DNA of 64,000 bases from Octopus sinensis (Eukaryota): contig NC_043006.1 of the NCBI RefSeq assembly GCF_006345805.1, forward strand, positions 77,934,001 through 77,998,000, in the 5' to 3' direction. A program made the translations under genes and the position numbers. The notes below the pieces were generated by a model. The model saw only the letters and a list, made by a program, of their open reading frames with translations, made no database searches and was not told where the DNA came from. This document shows, piece by piece, positions 39,326 through 52,255 of this stretch (within the stretch, counting starts at the first letter, position 1; each line of letters opens with the position of its first letter).

Positions 39326-39819
39326 ACAAAGTGATCTTGTTGTTGATCCGTAGGTGCTTTCAGATTCGAGACCCTTCAATTAACGGGCTATAACTGCGAA
39401 GTTTCTATATTCCAAGTGTAAATATTATACAACCATAACGATATATTACAATCAGTGATATTGCTAATATTACTAACGGAATTGTCTTCAACTTTATTTA
39501 CTGGTAGGCTAATAACATACTACCTCAAATTTACTGTGATCGACTTAATTATGATCTCCCTCTACACAGTTAGGCTTTGGTCTCGAAGGATAAATTAGTA
39601 TCAGTATTACTATTATGAAGGTAACAAAGCAGCAACGTTACGGAGACAGATTAAGTACTTTATTGCAATATTTAGTTATATTCATTTCGGTTCTTTTTAT
39701 TAAATCCTGCAGAGCTTTTCGAGATGAATGAGCTATGTGTAGGGACTGAGGTTAATCGATTTTTTTTATCTCATGCCATTGCCAAAAAATCAATATCGGT
39801 AATTGTGATATTATTTTGC

Positions 39820-39975
39820 AATAAGAATATGGCGAGCCAGACGAAAACGCACGCCCGACAAAAATACTTAACGGCATTTGTTTTGAGTTCAGATTCCGCC
39901 GAGGTTGACTTAAAATTTCATCATTGGGTGGTGATAGAATAAGTACCAGCTGACCAGTGGGCTCGAAGTAATCGC
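39820..39975 (-). mobile_element. SINE family B 3' part, diverged
   Basis: TGAGTTCAGATTCCGCCGAGGTTGACT...GATAGAATAAGTACCAG is the reverse complement of the family block. Confidence 0.65.
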
Positions 39976-40314
39976 GTGGACCAGAGATAAAAACAAACTA
40001 TGAGTGCAAAACATGGAAAATTCCCAATACAAGTCAACTGACTCAGCACCTTAAAAAGTAAAAAGAAAAAGAAAATAATATATCTAATGGTTTGAACCTT
40101 TATCTTTCATCGTTTGTGTGTATCAGTCATTTAACTGCAGCTATACTAGGAAACGACCTTGAAGATTTTACTCGAACAAATACTCTAAGATTTTTTTAAG
40201 TATGGTACATATTGTATTAGACACTTTGCCATACTAGTATGTTACGCGGAGGTAATCAGACCAAATTTGCTTTCAAGTGGGTTGAAGAAGAACAAAGACA
40301 ACCACCAAACACAC

Positions 40315-40352
<38 letters not shown>

Positions 40353-40387
40353 ATACGCACACACGCGCGCATATATACATTTACATA

Positions 40388-40930
40388 TATACAACGCGGC
40401 TTACGAACGCTTCGGGATGCAGGTAAATACATTAAAGGCCAAGACACTGATCCAACCTGTACCAGGCCAAAACAGGCCACCCACAAACATTAGCATCAAC
40501 GGCCAACCCCTAGGAGAACTTGAACACTTCACATACCTTGGAAGTATCCTTTCGATGAACTCCACGCGTGAAAAGGACGTGGAGAACCAGATTGGGGCAG
40601 CCCACTCCGCCTTCGACAGACTCAGCCGACGTGTATTTTTTAATCAGGCGCTGACCATCCGAACAAAGATCATGGTCTTCCGTGCCATTGTCCTATCAAA
40701 TCTACTTTCCGCTTGTGAGACTTTGACGTTGTTCTTCAGTGACTTCAGTGCTTCCAGCAATCGAAGCTACTACAGATCCACAACATACAATGGGAAGTTC
40801 ACTTTACCAACAAAGATGTTCTTCGCCGTGCCTCACTGCCAAGTGTCGAAGCCACCACTCTTCGCCATCGTCTCCGCAGAAAATTTGCTGCAGCCCATCT
40901 TTTATTCCAAAACAAAACAATGTACATGAT
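40388..40930 (+). mobile_element. RTE LINE ORF2 fragment (RT C-terminal/thumb region)
   Basis: Reads YERFGMQVNTLKAKTLIQP...ISINGQPLGELEHFTYLGSILS...DVENQIGAAHSAFDRLSRRVF...IRTKIMVFRAIVLSNLLSACET, a typical RTE motif series. Confidence 0.9.
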
Positions 40931-41049
40931 AACACTTCCAATCAGTTAAGATCAGAAGCCACGGGAGCCACTGTCTGGCACTGCATCAGGGCTATTATTA
41001 TTATTTTTTAAATTTTATCTGGTTTCAGCTCACGAGCTGTGGTCATGCT

Positions 41050-41050
41050 G

Positions 41051-41093
<43 letters not shown>

Positions 41094-41175
41094 TATTTTT
41101 TTTTTTTTTTTTTTTAATATTTTATCTAGTTTCAGCTCACGAGCTGTGGTCATGCTGATTATATTATTATTATTA

Positions 41176-41220
<45 letters not shown>

Positions 41221-41232
41221 TACTACTACTAC

Positions 41233-41294
<62 letters not shown>

Positions 41295-41300
41295 TATTAT
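41050..41300. repeat. (ATT)n/(ACT)n microsatellite complex
   Basis: Tandem ATT tracts interrupted by a T run and a duplicated SINE-tail piece. Confidence 0.95.
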
Positions 41301-41894
41301 GCTTTAGTTTATTGATTATATCAACTCAATGAATGACTAGATACAAAAATAAGCACTGTGTATATTTAATTGGTAAGATTGTTGAAAGTCGTTTTCAGAA
41401 CACACTTCTGATTCCCCATTGAGCCATTACTATTAGCAGGCTCCTCACGTCTTTCTTTTTAATTGTACGTTTTAAAATCATTCCCTCGAAACGTCTTTTT
41501 CGAACATTTCGCCATGGTACGCACAGGAATTAGAAAGACGCATTCTTCTCCCTAGTGCGCCAATTTATAATCAGTTTTCTGATTTACTATATTTATTGGG
41601 GAAGTAAAAATGATATAATCTACACTGAACATGAACACGTATCTGAACTCAGAAAGTAGAACAACTTACAACTAAATAGTATGTAGTAAAATATTTCAAT
41701 ACTACAGTCACTTAAACTACGACTCCTTTCAAACAACAAAAATATAATTTTCCCGGAATATGTTTATATTTATATCCATAATTAAATAATCGAAGAAAGC
41801 AATATTTCAACGACATGCTTCAGGTTTACGTAGAGTAGAATGAAAACATGACATCTACTAATATATATAAATATGAATATAAATAAATAACTTG

Positions 41895-41937
<43 letters not shown>

Positions 41938-42307
41938 ATGTTAATTCCATTAGTGACTTATTCTTTAAACGTCTGACAAGGAAATATTAATGTTATTTCC
42001 TTTTGTCATTGAATAATGTTTCCATTGATGTTAATAAAATCTCGCGCAGACAACGGATAGTGATTGATCTTACAAGAATAATTTTGAACGCTATCTTCAG
42101 TCACGCCTTGCAACGAGCGTGCTGTTGTAGACAATAAGTGGATTTTCTATAAAATGTCTTGTTTTTATTCTTGTACTGGTTTGTGTTTTCATTTTGTTTT
42201 TCATTTATAGTTCGTTATAAAGATACACACAATTATATATGTGTGGTTGTGAGTACACTTTATTTATGTATGCATAACTTGTATATGTATATGTATATAT
42301 ATATGTA

Positions 42308-42395
<88 letters not shown>

Positions 42396-42531
42396 GTGCG
42401 AGTGTGTGTGTGTACATACTTCCATACATACTCATATACATCCATATACATACTTGTATGTTTGTATGTATGTCTTTATATTACAATATATATGTATGAA
42501 TTATGGCCTTTTGGTTAATATCGAATTGTAG

Positions 42532-42579
<48 letters not shown>

Positions 42580-43429
42580 CGTATGTATGAGTTTGTGATA
42601 CTGTGGGTCCGAGTTTTTGTGCTTGTTTGTTTGTGTGTTGCTTGCGTGTGTATGTGTATGTGTGCGTGTATGTCTGTGTACGTGTGTGCTAATCGCTGAG
42701 AGTAGTGCAGATCAGAAAGTCGTCGGAGCTGCGTTTTTGTCTCGGTGTTAATTAGAAAAAAAAGCAGAAATTAAATATATACATTATAAAAATAGAGAAT
42801 AGGCGCCACTAATTACTTGGTTTATTTTTCACTTGAATTTGCATCTCATGAACCACCATTGAACAAAAATCATGTACTTCTTTTGTCACCAAATACACTC
42901 TCATTGCATTTGACGTCAACACAAGTGAATGGTATCAAAAACAACCTCGGGACCAAAACAGCGATGAAGCGACCAACCGCCTGAGTAATTTAGGGGAAAC
43001 CATCATTTTAGAACACTACTGGTGGAGTATAATGACGAAGATGACTTAATTACAAGCAAGGAGCTATATAAGAGAAAGAAGTACTTGGATCTAGTCTTGA
43101 CAAATCCATAACTCTTAATGGGAATGAACTAGAAAAAGAGACAACATATAGAATATATATGTAGTGTTTATCCTGAATTAATTAAACTGAACAAAAATTT
43201 AGTTTGTCCTGATTATTATTTACCCCGCCAACCGATACTGAATTCATTGTAATTAATTTCTTGGTACTTTCTTAGTTTTGCTCGAAAATATGCAGCATTG
43301 TTGGCATCACGAAGAGGAATAAACAAAGGGACAAAGTCGTCCCTTTATATTTGTATATAAGTAAGTAACTGTATGTCAGAATGAGAGCTAGATAGGCAGA
43401 AGGACGGCCTGATGCATGGATGGATGAAT

Positions 43430-43515
43430 GGATAGTGAGATAGAGAGATAGACAGAGACAGCCAGCCAGCCAGACTGACAGACATGCAGACAGACAGACA
43501 GACAGACATATAGAT

Positions 43516-43548
<33 letters not shown>

Positions 43549-43579
43549 CAGACAGACAGACAGACAGACAGACAGATAG

Positions 43580-43647
<68 letters not shown>

Positions 43648-43694
43648 CAGATAGACAGACAGACAGAGACAGCCAACCATCCAGCCAGCCAGCC

Positions 43695-43729
<35 letters not shown>

Positions 43730-43733
43730 TAGT

Positions 43734-43813
<80 letters not shown>

Positions 43814-43844
43814 GACAGCCAACCATCCAGCCAGCCAGCCAGCC

Positions 43845-43889
<45 letters not shown>

Positions 43890-43891
43890 GT

Positions 43892-43963
<72 letters not shown>

Positions 43964-43975
43964 CAAATTAGATAG
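43430..43975. repeat. Compound (GATA)n/(GACA)n/(GCCA)n array with higher-order repeats
   Basis: Block GACAGAGACAGCCAACCATCCAGCCAGCC-(GACA)n-GTTA-(GATA)n occurs twice nearly identically, plus one older variant. Confidence 0.95.
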
Positions 43976-44365
43976 TGAGATAGACAGAGACGTATAGAGG
44001 GAGAGCTGAATATCAGCGGTCATGTCACGCTTAACAATAGAACACAGCTTTTTCTATTTATTTGGTTCTCCATTCAAACAGATATCGCTACTAATAAATT
44101 ATCAAAAACAAGAGGAATTTAAGATGTCCAGACAAAAAGAACGTCCATGCAAACCATTGTTACGTCACATATTCATAAATTATACCAACCAAGTTTATAA
44201 ACACACTTTCTTAAGACATCAGCTTAAATGGATTTATATACCGTTAAAGACAAAAGTAATGTTACACGTAAAAGCAATAATTTTCAGCAGATACCATGTT
44301 AGGATGATCCGCTGTGAGAAGCATCGTTAGTTATCAAGGATTCGTAGACGCAATATGCTGGTATA

Positions 44366-45300
44366 CAAAGAGTTCGAGCAAAATTTTACAGTTTGCATAG
44401 AAGAGAAATAAAATACCATCCATTAATAAAATATTTTAGAAAATGAAAACATATCAACTGGATTATAGCTGAGAGTTCATAGTTTACTCAGAGTAGTTGC
44501 TCTCAGTTTTCACCACGGCCGGCTCTGGAACTTTGGCAATGAGTTCCTCAATGTATCCCGGGGAAGATTTTCGAACACCTATTTGATTATGGCTACAAGC
44601 TTGACCTTAGCCTTGCTGACAGAGCGGTCGATGTCTTTTGTAATCGTACTCCTCACATAGTAATCTGTGAGACTACAATCGGGGGAATTAGAAGTCTTAG
44701 AAATATTCCGAAAACACTTCTGAGACTTTCTGGGGGTAAGTCGATTAAACAAATCCTGCTGCCACATATAAATCTCTCCAATCATGATTTGACCACAATT
44801 TCCAACAGATAAGTCTCTGTTCAAAGATGTAGAGCGCCATTACATCAGCCACACTGGAAATAAAACCCAAGAACATTACAGAGGGGGGAACTTGGTTTTC
44901 TTGATAGATGAAACATTATATGGATTTTAGGTAAACTACCTGTTGTTCTGGATTTTAGGCAATCAGTTCAGACTGACGTTCTTTTCATTTGAGAAGAACC
45001 AGATAATCCCCCGCTCAAAAGGATGTCTCAGCATGTTCAAGAACTTTGCCTTAGTCAAACACGTCTCCTTCGATTTAGGTGTTAGAAGTTTTCAATTTGC
45101 GATTCCTGTATAAGTAGTAGCAAAGGTCCTCATGCAGGGCTAGTTTCATGGTGACGACTTCAACACCCATCTCTCTTGCAAAAGGTCGGATTCCTTTGCT
45201 CGGCTTTTCTATGACCTTGTATTGCAGTTCCTGGAAAAACAACGGTATGCAATCGCAGTCAAAACGTCTGTTTTAACCCTTCCTACTAGTCACAGCTTTC
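44366..45300 (-). mobile_element. Tc1/mariner (maT/DD37D-like) transposon, decayed
   Basis: Minus strand reads FQELQYKVIEKPSKGIRPFAREMGVEVVTMKLALHEDLCYY, YMWQQD...RKSQK and NSPDCSLTDYYV. Possible TIR remnant TA|CAAAGAGTTCGAGCAAAATT at 44366. Confidence 0.75.
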
Positions 45301-45841
45301 TCCATTATCTTCACTTAATTTGTATCAGCAATTTCAAAGCTATTTACACTACGATAGTTAAACAAAAAGGTTACGTCGTCACAAAAGTAATTACATTTAT
45401 CGAACGATTACATAACAGCTTCCATTAGCTTTTTTCCTTTTTTTGTTATTTTTTTTTTTTCTGGTTTCATTTTTCCTTCACTTGGTGCGATACGTTGGCA
45501 ACATTGTTTCATTGTTACGTTGTCCGATAAGTTAGCAACATTGTTACATTGCTAGCTTATAAAGATTTCTTCGAGGATATATCTGAGATGCAATCAGCAG
45601 TATTGTCACATTTGCATCCGTGATGCATCTGTGAATTAGTCAATGCTTCTCACATACATATCTCATTGATTTCAATATGTATTGTTCAGTAAAAAAGACT
45701 ATGTTACGTAAATAATATATTTCATTAGTTACAGCACATTTTGAATAGTAAAATAGTTTATAAGTTTTCATGTCACATTATACACGTATATGCAATTTAT
45801 AAAGTTGCATCCTATACAAGATTACTTACATCCGATATCCA

Positions 45842-46004
45842 GCCGCAGGAGTGGCTGTGTGGTAAGTAGCTTGCTTACCAACTACATGGTTCCGGGTTCA
45901 TTCCCACTGCGTAGCACCTTGAGCAAGTGTCTTCTACTATAGCCACGAGCCGACCAAAGCTTTGTGAGTGGATTTGATAGACGGAAACTGAAAGAAGCTC
46001 GTCG

Positions 46005-46064
<60 letters not shown>

Positions 46065-46273
46065 CTTGTATGTCTGTGTTTGTCCCCCCAACATCGCTTG
46101 TCAATCGATGCTGGTGTGTTTACATACCCGTAACCTAGCGGTTTGACAAAAGAGACCGATAGAGTAAGTAGTAGGCTTACAAAGAATACGTCCTGGGGTC
46201 GATTTGCTCGACTAAAGGCGGTGCTCCAGCATAAAAACACGCAAATTACTGAAACAAGTAAAAGAGTAAAGAG
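45842..46273 (+). mobile_element. SINE family A, near full length
   Basis: GCCGCAGGAGTGGCTGTGTGGTAAGTAGCTTGCTTACCAAC head, internal (TA)n(TG)n and tail GAAACAAGTAAAAGAGTAAAGAG. Confidence 0.95.
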
Positions 46274-46301
46274 TATATGTGTGTGTGTTTGTGTGTGTGT
46301 A

Positions 46302-46348
<47 letters not shown>

Positions 46349-46644
46349 TTACTTTATTATATGGCTGTAGATTCAGACGCATATATTCCAATATTCATCA
46401 CACACAGCTATATTTCACCGTGGCACTGCATTTTGTCTACCTATATTTCGAGCTAAGCACCAGTTTCATAAGAGCCGACGGCTCACCATCCGTTACATGT
46501 CATTCCCCACTTGAAGATTAAACGTTACATAGTAATTTATCATCGACTTCTGAGGGTAATCAGATGCAAGAGTGATGTAGCAGCGCTTGTGTTTCTTTTA
46601 ATAATTCGGAGTAAATTCTTGTTTATACTGATTTCAAATACTAA

Positions 46645-46820
46645 CATAAGGCCAGCAATTGCAGGGAAGGAGTAAGTCGATTACATCGACGCCAGTGTTC
46701 AAATCGTAAACGAAAGGCAAAGTCGACCTCGGCGGAATTTGAATTCAGGACGTAAAGACAGACAAAATGCCGCTAAGCATTTTTCCGGAGTGCCAACGAT
46801 TGTGCTACCTCGCCGCTTTA
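46645..46820 (+). mobile_element. SINE family B 3' part
   Basis: GAAAGGCAAAGTCGACCTCGGCGGAATTTGAATTCAG...CTCGCCGCTTTAA. Confidence 0.8.
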
Positions 46821-47926
46821 ATCATTGTATTTATATTACTCAGCATTAATATAACAGATGTTATTGCTACAGATATTTAATATGAAAATATAACTAACAG
46901 ACATATAATTTCAAGACACACAGAAATAGAACAAAGCTTCCAAGCGAGTGATTATAACGTAACATCTTCAGCAGCAAAATTTTCAGACAGTCTTTAGTAT
47001 GACTTCATCTTAAATGTAACTAAGGCGACGGTATAAACAAACAGAAAAGCATTGCTTACAGCAAGGATTACGGCAAAAAAAGAATTTAAAAAATCTTTAT
47101 CATCAAATCCAGCCTAGCATTCGAAAAGAAGATACTGCAGCTGAAGCAACACGAAGAAAAAGCCAAGATGTTTCAGTTACAATGAGAAACCGCAGCAAAC
47201 ATGCCTGTAAGAAAAAGCAATCATGTAAAATGTTACATTATCCTTCATATACGAGAAGAAAAATAGTCGAGCTTAATTATTGCCACTTTTATTACGTCAC
47301 TGAAGTTTATAGTTTGAAAAGAGACGCTTGACCTATCTCAACTTGTCTAGACATTCCTAGCTTTTACACACTACATTATTGACAATTTTCATTATTCGAT
47401 ATTATTAACGTAACATAGTCTCTTAAGTTTAAGAAGTTCCTCGTCCTTCTTGATTGCTATTCTAAGTTATTTTGTTTCAGCTAATTCAAAACATTTATTT
47501 TATGACAGAAAACTAATGTCTTCACATACAAATAAATAAGTAAATAAATAGATAAATAAGCTATATTTCTGGAAGTTGAAAAGTAGCTTGCATGAAGTTT
47601 GATAAATTATTGGAATATATTTGTTTACTTAGTAATAAAGATAATTTTAAATAATAGTGTTTTGGCGACGATTAGTATTCCTATATCTGATTTCAAATGA
47701 ATATATACTTTCATATTTTGAAGTCATTCACTACACAGCAACACTAAGAACATAGTTATTCTCGTCACTCCTGAAAGCTATTACACATATACTTGCACAC
47801 GTGCAAACACAGACAGACATATTTTGTGACAAGCCAGAAAACAGGGCGAATCAATACAGAAAGGGCGAATTCAGCGAATCATCTTGAAAGGATTGCGGTC
47901 CCATCACGTACTGTACAAAGGAAATG

Positions 47927-48069
47927 CTCTTTTACTCTTTTACTTGTTTCAGTCATTTGACTGCGGCCATGCTGGAGCACCGCCTTTAATCGAGCAACTC
48001 GACCCCGGGACTTATTCTTTTGTAAGCCCAGTACTTATTCTATCGGTTTCTTTTGCCGAACCGCTAAGT
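47927..48069 (-). mobile_element. 5'-truncated SINE family A (young subfamily)
   Basis: About 140 bp nearly identical (about 2 differences) to the 3' part of the 57889-58340 copy. Confidence 0.9.
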
Positions 48070-48179
48070 AAATGTCAATAAAGATTTAAATATAAGTAGC
48101 ACACACACACACACACCACACACACACACAAACACATACACACACAAAAAACACACACATACACACAGCCACACACGCA

Positions 48180-48231
<52 letters not shown>

Positions 48232-48870
48232 ACTCTCTTACTTCTTTTAGAAAAAAGTAGTATCTAATTATAAATTCTCAATTCCAAAACATTTTTTCAA
48301 ATGCATATGTGTGTCTCTGTATGCGTGTGTATTTAGAACAAAAGCTGAAAAATATGTTTCACAAATAATCCACAATTTAATTGTGCTCAACAGCTTTTTC
48401 GTTAGCAATAAATATCATGATTTCCATAATTACCTAATTGGAATACTAACTAATTTAAATTAACTTAAATTTATTTCAAGCGATATTATCGCCAAATCAA
48501 CAGGAGAATCGAGATTCTAAATATGTTGTTAGAAAATATTTTTTTACATGCAAATTTGTTCTGTCTGGATTTAATGCACAAAGAACGACATATTGATGTT
48601 TTGCGACTTGTTCGATCAACTTACCATGGATATATATTGTTATCTTTATGATTTTTTATTCAACATACGGTTTTACCACAGAGGGGACATTATAACACAT
48701 TGGGGACACAAAACATCAAACAAATTATCGTATGATAAGATGAGATAAAGGGTGAATATGAGAGATGAATGTGATGTTAACTGCTCCATCAGTCAACAAT
48801 CCTTACTTGTCCTTTTTCCTATTTCACTGCGAAATCCACATAGCCCCTAAAATTTATCCCGTATGCGTGT

Positions 48871-48910
<40 letters not shown>

Positions 48911-50229
48911 TTTTATGAAATCAAAACTTCACTCGGTCTTGAGATTTCGACTGCACATAACATTTCCATTAGTTCGACCTAACCCACAACCACTTTTCTT
49001 TCGTTCTCGCCTGTTACTTGTAGATACTAATCCTCCCGTATACAAATCTTACACGTTTTCGAAGAGTCCTATCTTAATCCAACACTTTATAGAGTCACTC
49101 TGATACAGCAGCCTGTCTATCTATGGTTAGCGCTAAGCTAGTAGGCACAAGACAGTCAATAGCTCTTTTTCTTTACATCTGCCGTAAACAATTCACTCTC
49201 TGTTGAGCTTTAATCCATACATATTAATATTTACTTTGAATGTTATATCTTCGGAACCATTCTTGGGCGAGTCTAAATTAGAAGCGATTGTGTTGTGATA
49301 AAAGGTCGAACTTAAATTCTTATATTTAATGATTGTCCATTGATAATGTCGTAGTTTAGGAGGTTAAATATTTTAAAAAATCCTAATCAATCCTAAACAA
49401 TCCTAGAGCAGTTTTTAAGAATCAGAGAAAGAAGTAGGCTGGAACAGATTATTATTACGTAACTTATTTGCTGATTGTGACACCACAGTTACCAGATATC
49501 TTTGATTTGGAAACCATCTTAAAACTAATTAAGGCGATGATGCAAAACGCAAGCACGGACTTCTGTAAGAATGAATATTTTGATAAAAACGGCTGCCAAC
49601 AGATCTGATCTAGTAACCGAAGAAAAATATATTAGTTGAGACAACACAGAAACTACGGAGTCAAGTTTACGCTGAGTTGTTATACTTACCATGCCAGTAC
49701 GCAACATTCAAATACGAAAGATCCTATATTACCCTTCAGCTAAGAAAAGAAACAGTCTAACTTCCTTATTGGCAGCTTTATTACGTCACTGTCTGAACAA
49801 AGACTTTTGAACTTTCATTGGTTCTATAAGTCTTTTTAAAACTTGCGAAAACTATATACTTGTCAACATTGATTATACAATATTTTTAACGTAACACGAT
49901 CTATCAACTTTGTAAATTTCACATCTTTCTTGATTGCTATTCTCAGCTCTTTTATACAAGCAAATTGTCTTCACACAAAAATACATTCTCAGAAGATAAA
50001 GAATAGCTAGTAATAACTTGAGGAAAATGTCGGCTTATATTTGTTTACTTAATATTTCACCACACATAATGGCTAAGTAAAGCAGTAATGTAGTCGTGAC
50101 GATTATGGCTCTCATATCTAGTTTTAAATAAATATTTCATTTTTATTATTATATTTTGGAAACATTCGCTACATTGCAACGACAAAAACACGAGTATATT
50201 CTCACACAAATACTGGGTACATACAGGCC

Positions 50230-50425
50230 AATATGTATTATGTATGTATGTATGTATGTATGTATGTATGTATATATGTCTGTATGTATGTATGTATGCA
50301 TGTATGTATGTATGCATTATGTATGTATTATGTATGTATGTATGTATGTATGTATGTATGTATGTATGCAAGTATGTATGCATTATGTATGTATGTATGT
50401 ATGTATGTATGCATGCATGTATGTG
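50230..50425. repeat. (ATGT)n microsatellite
   Basis: Tandem TATG units with periodic GCATTA interruptions. Confidence 0.96.
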
Positions 50426-50559
50426 TAAAAAGGATGTCCCAAAAGGATCTGTATACACACCGAAAGTGCCTTGCCTCAAGTCAGTTTTTACTAAAATATA
50501 TTTCATTTTATAAACGTAACAGAACGTACAAACAATTTAATTTTTATGAATGCCTCCTT

Positions 50560-50990
50560 TCAAACTAACAACCATTCCGGTGTAGAAACCGCTGCAAACA
50601 TTTCGTTCGATATTGGGCACATTCTCGTTCAATGGCTGCCCTCAATTCGTCAAATGTTGCCGGCATTATACCGTAAACTTTATCTCTTAAGTATCCACAG
50701 AAAATTAAGTCTTGTGGTGTTAGATTCTAAAGCACACCTTCGTCCAATCTATCTCTTTGGCAAATTCTCCGATCGCAGACCCTTGCATTATGGTATTCAA
50801 GTCCCCTTGAATGCCTTGCATGACAGGTTGTGTCGTAGAAAGTTCGAGTAAATGGGATCTGTTACAATACCGCCCTATAAGAATGGTCCAGTTAATCCGT
50901 TTCCTGATAAGCCCCACCATATTGACATTGTAATGTCTGGTAAATTAACATATTCTTCCATAATACAAGGGCTTCTAAGGTCCCTAGTAA
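50560..50990 (-). mobile_element. Tc1/mariner (maT-like, WIGRRG type) transposase fragment, decayed
   Basis: Minus strand reads MEEYVNLPDITMSIWWGLSGNGLTGPF and LPKR*IGRRCALESNTTRLNFLWILK, resembling VW.G.S..GL.GPFFF and WIGRRG...P.SPDLTPLDF.LWG.LK. Confidence 0.65.
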
Positions 50991-51049
50991 GTTCAGTTCT
51001 GGCGGTTAATTGACGAACATATCCTCATTGGCAATGACTTCGAAGAAAT

Positions 51050-51050
<1 letters not shown>

Positions 51051-51080
<30 letters not shown>

Positions 51081-51105
51081 GGTGGTGGTGGTGGTGGTGG
51101 TGGTA

Positions 51106-51181
<76 letters not shown>

Positions 51182-51182
51182 C

Positions 51183-51223
<41 letters not shown>

Positions 51224-51233
51224 CGTAGTAGTC

Positions 51234-51268
<35 letters not shown>

Positions 51269-51305
51269 CGTAGTAGTAGTAGTAAGTAGTAGTAGTAGTA
51301 GTAGT
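51051..51305. repeat. (GTA)n/(GTG)n trinucleotide microsatellite
   Basis: About 80 triplets; source of the poly-T/P/L ORF 50993-51424. Confidence 0.97.
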
Positions 51306-51804
51306 AACAGCAGCAGCAACAGCAATATTAGTAATGTCTGCGGTAATGGTAGTGATAGTAGACAGCTTATACGACCCAGTGTCCTAACGATGGTTGACCA
51401 GTGATGTTTGGCTTGTGTCTTCAATTAAGAATGGTTTCTTTTATCGTTAAGTTGCTTAACTCTCGCTCTATATAGCTGACATACTCTCTCTGGTCTTCCC
51501 ATATTTTGAGAGATGGTTCCAAAAGGAAGAACAGATATAGTATATTAGCTACCATTTGGCACAATATACTTGGTATGCTACATAATACAAAATTACTTGT
51601 TCGTGTCGCGAATGGGGCAGTTCACCAGCATATATGGATGTCTCTGTAAGGAATTATATCTGAATAGAGGTCCCTAGGAGGTTAATTATACGTGTCGAGT
51701 CCTTCTTTGTGGATAGTTCTTCCAGTGAAATGCCTTATATTCAGGAAGTAGGTGTTGATGATTGCTTTGTTTTTTACTTCACTATTTATTTATTTTTACA
51801 CTAC

Positions 51805-52255
51805 AGGCGTGACTGTGTGGTAAGAAACTTGCTACCATTCCATCTCATTATGTAACTGTCCAGCCCGCAGATTCCTGTCTTTGCAAGGTCCTTGTGGCCA
51901 ATTGAATGAATAAAAGACGCTTGTTACCCAACCACTTGGTTCTGGATTCAGGGCTACTGCGTGTCACCATGGGGAAATGTCTAAAGCAAGGCCGACTACA
52001 GACTTGCGAATGGAATTGGTAGGCGGAAATTGAAAGAAGCTCGTGGTATGTTATATCTATGTGTGTGTTTTAGCGTCTTCGTTTGTCCACCATCACCGTT
52101 TGACAATCGGTGTTGGTTTGTTTAGATCCTCATAACTTAGAGTCAGAACCATGATTTAACAAAATTAATACTGTGGTCGATTCATTCGATTCGATCTTCT
52201 TCAAGGTGATGTTTCTGCATAGCTGTAGTCTAATAACTGAAACAGGTAAAAGATA
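51805..52255 (+). mobile_element. SINE family A, diverged, interrupted head
   Basis: GGCGTGACTGTGTGGTAAGAAACTTGCT, GGCGGAAATTGAAAGAAGCTCGT, TTGACAATCGGTGTTGG and AACTGAAACAGGTAAAAG. Confidence 0.65.

Noticed and set aside
32161-43975. CRISPR-like arrays (14-bp repeats at 32.2 kb, higher-order repeats at 43.5 kb)
   Set aside because: No unique spacers and no cas genes; eukaryotic repeat context.
51560-51760. Possible CR1/L2 LINE 3' end on the minus strand
   Set aside because: Resemblance too weak (one short degenerate peptide) to call.
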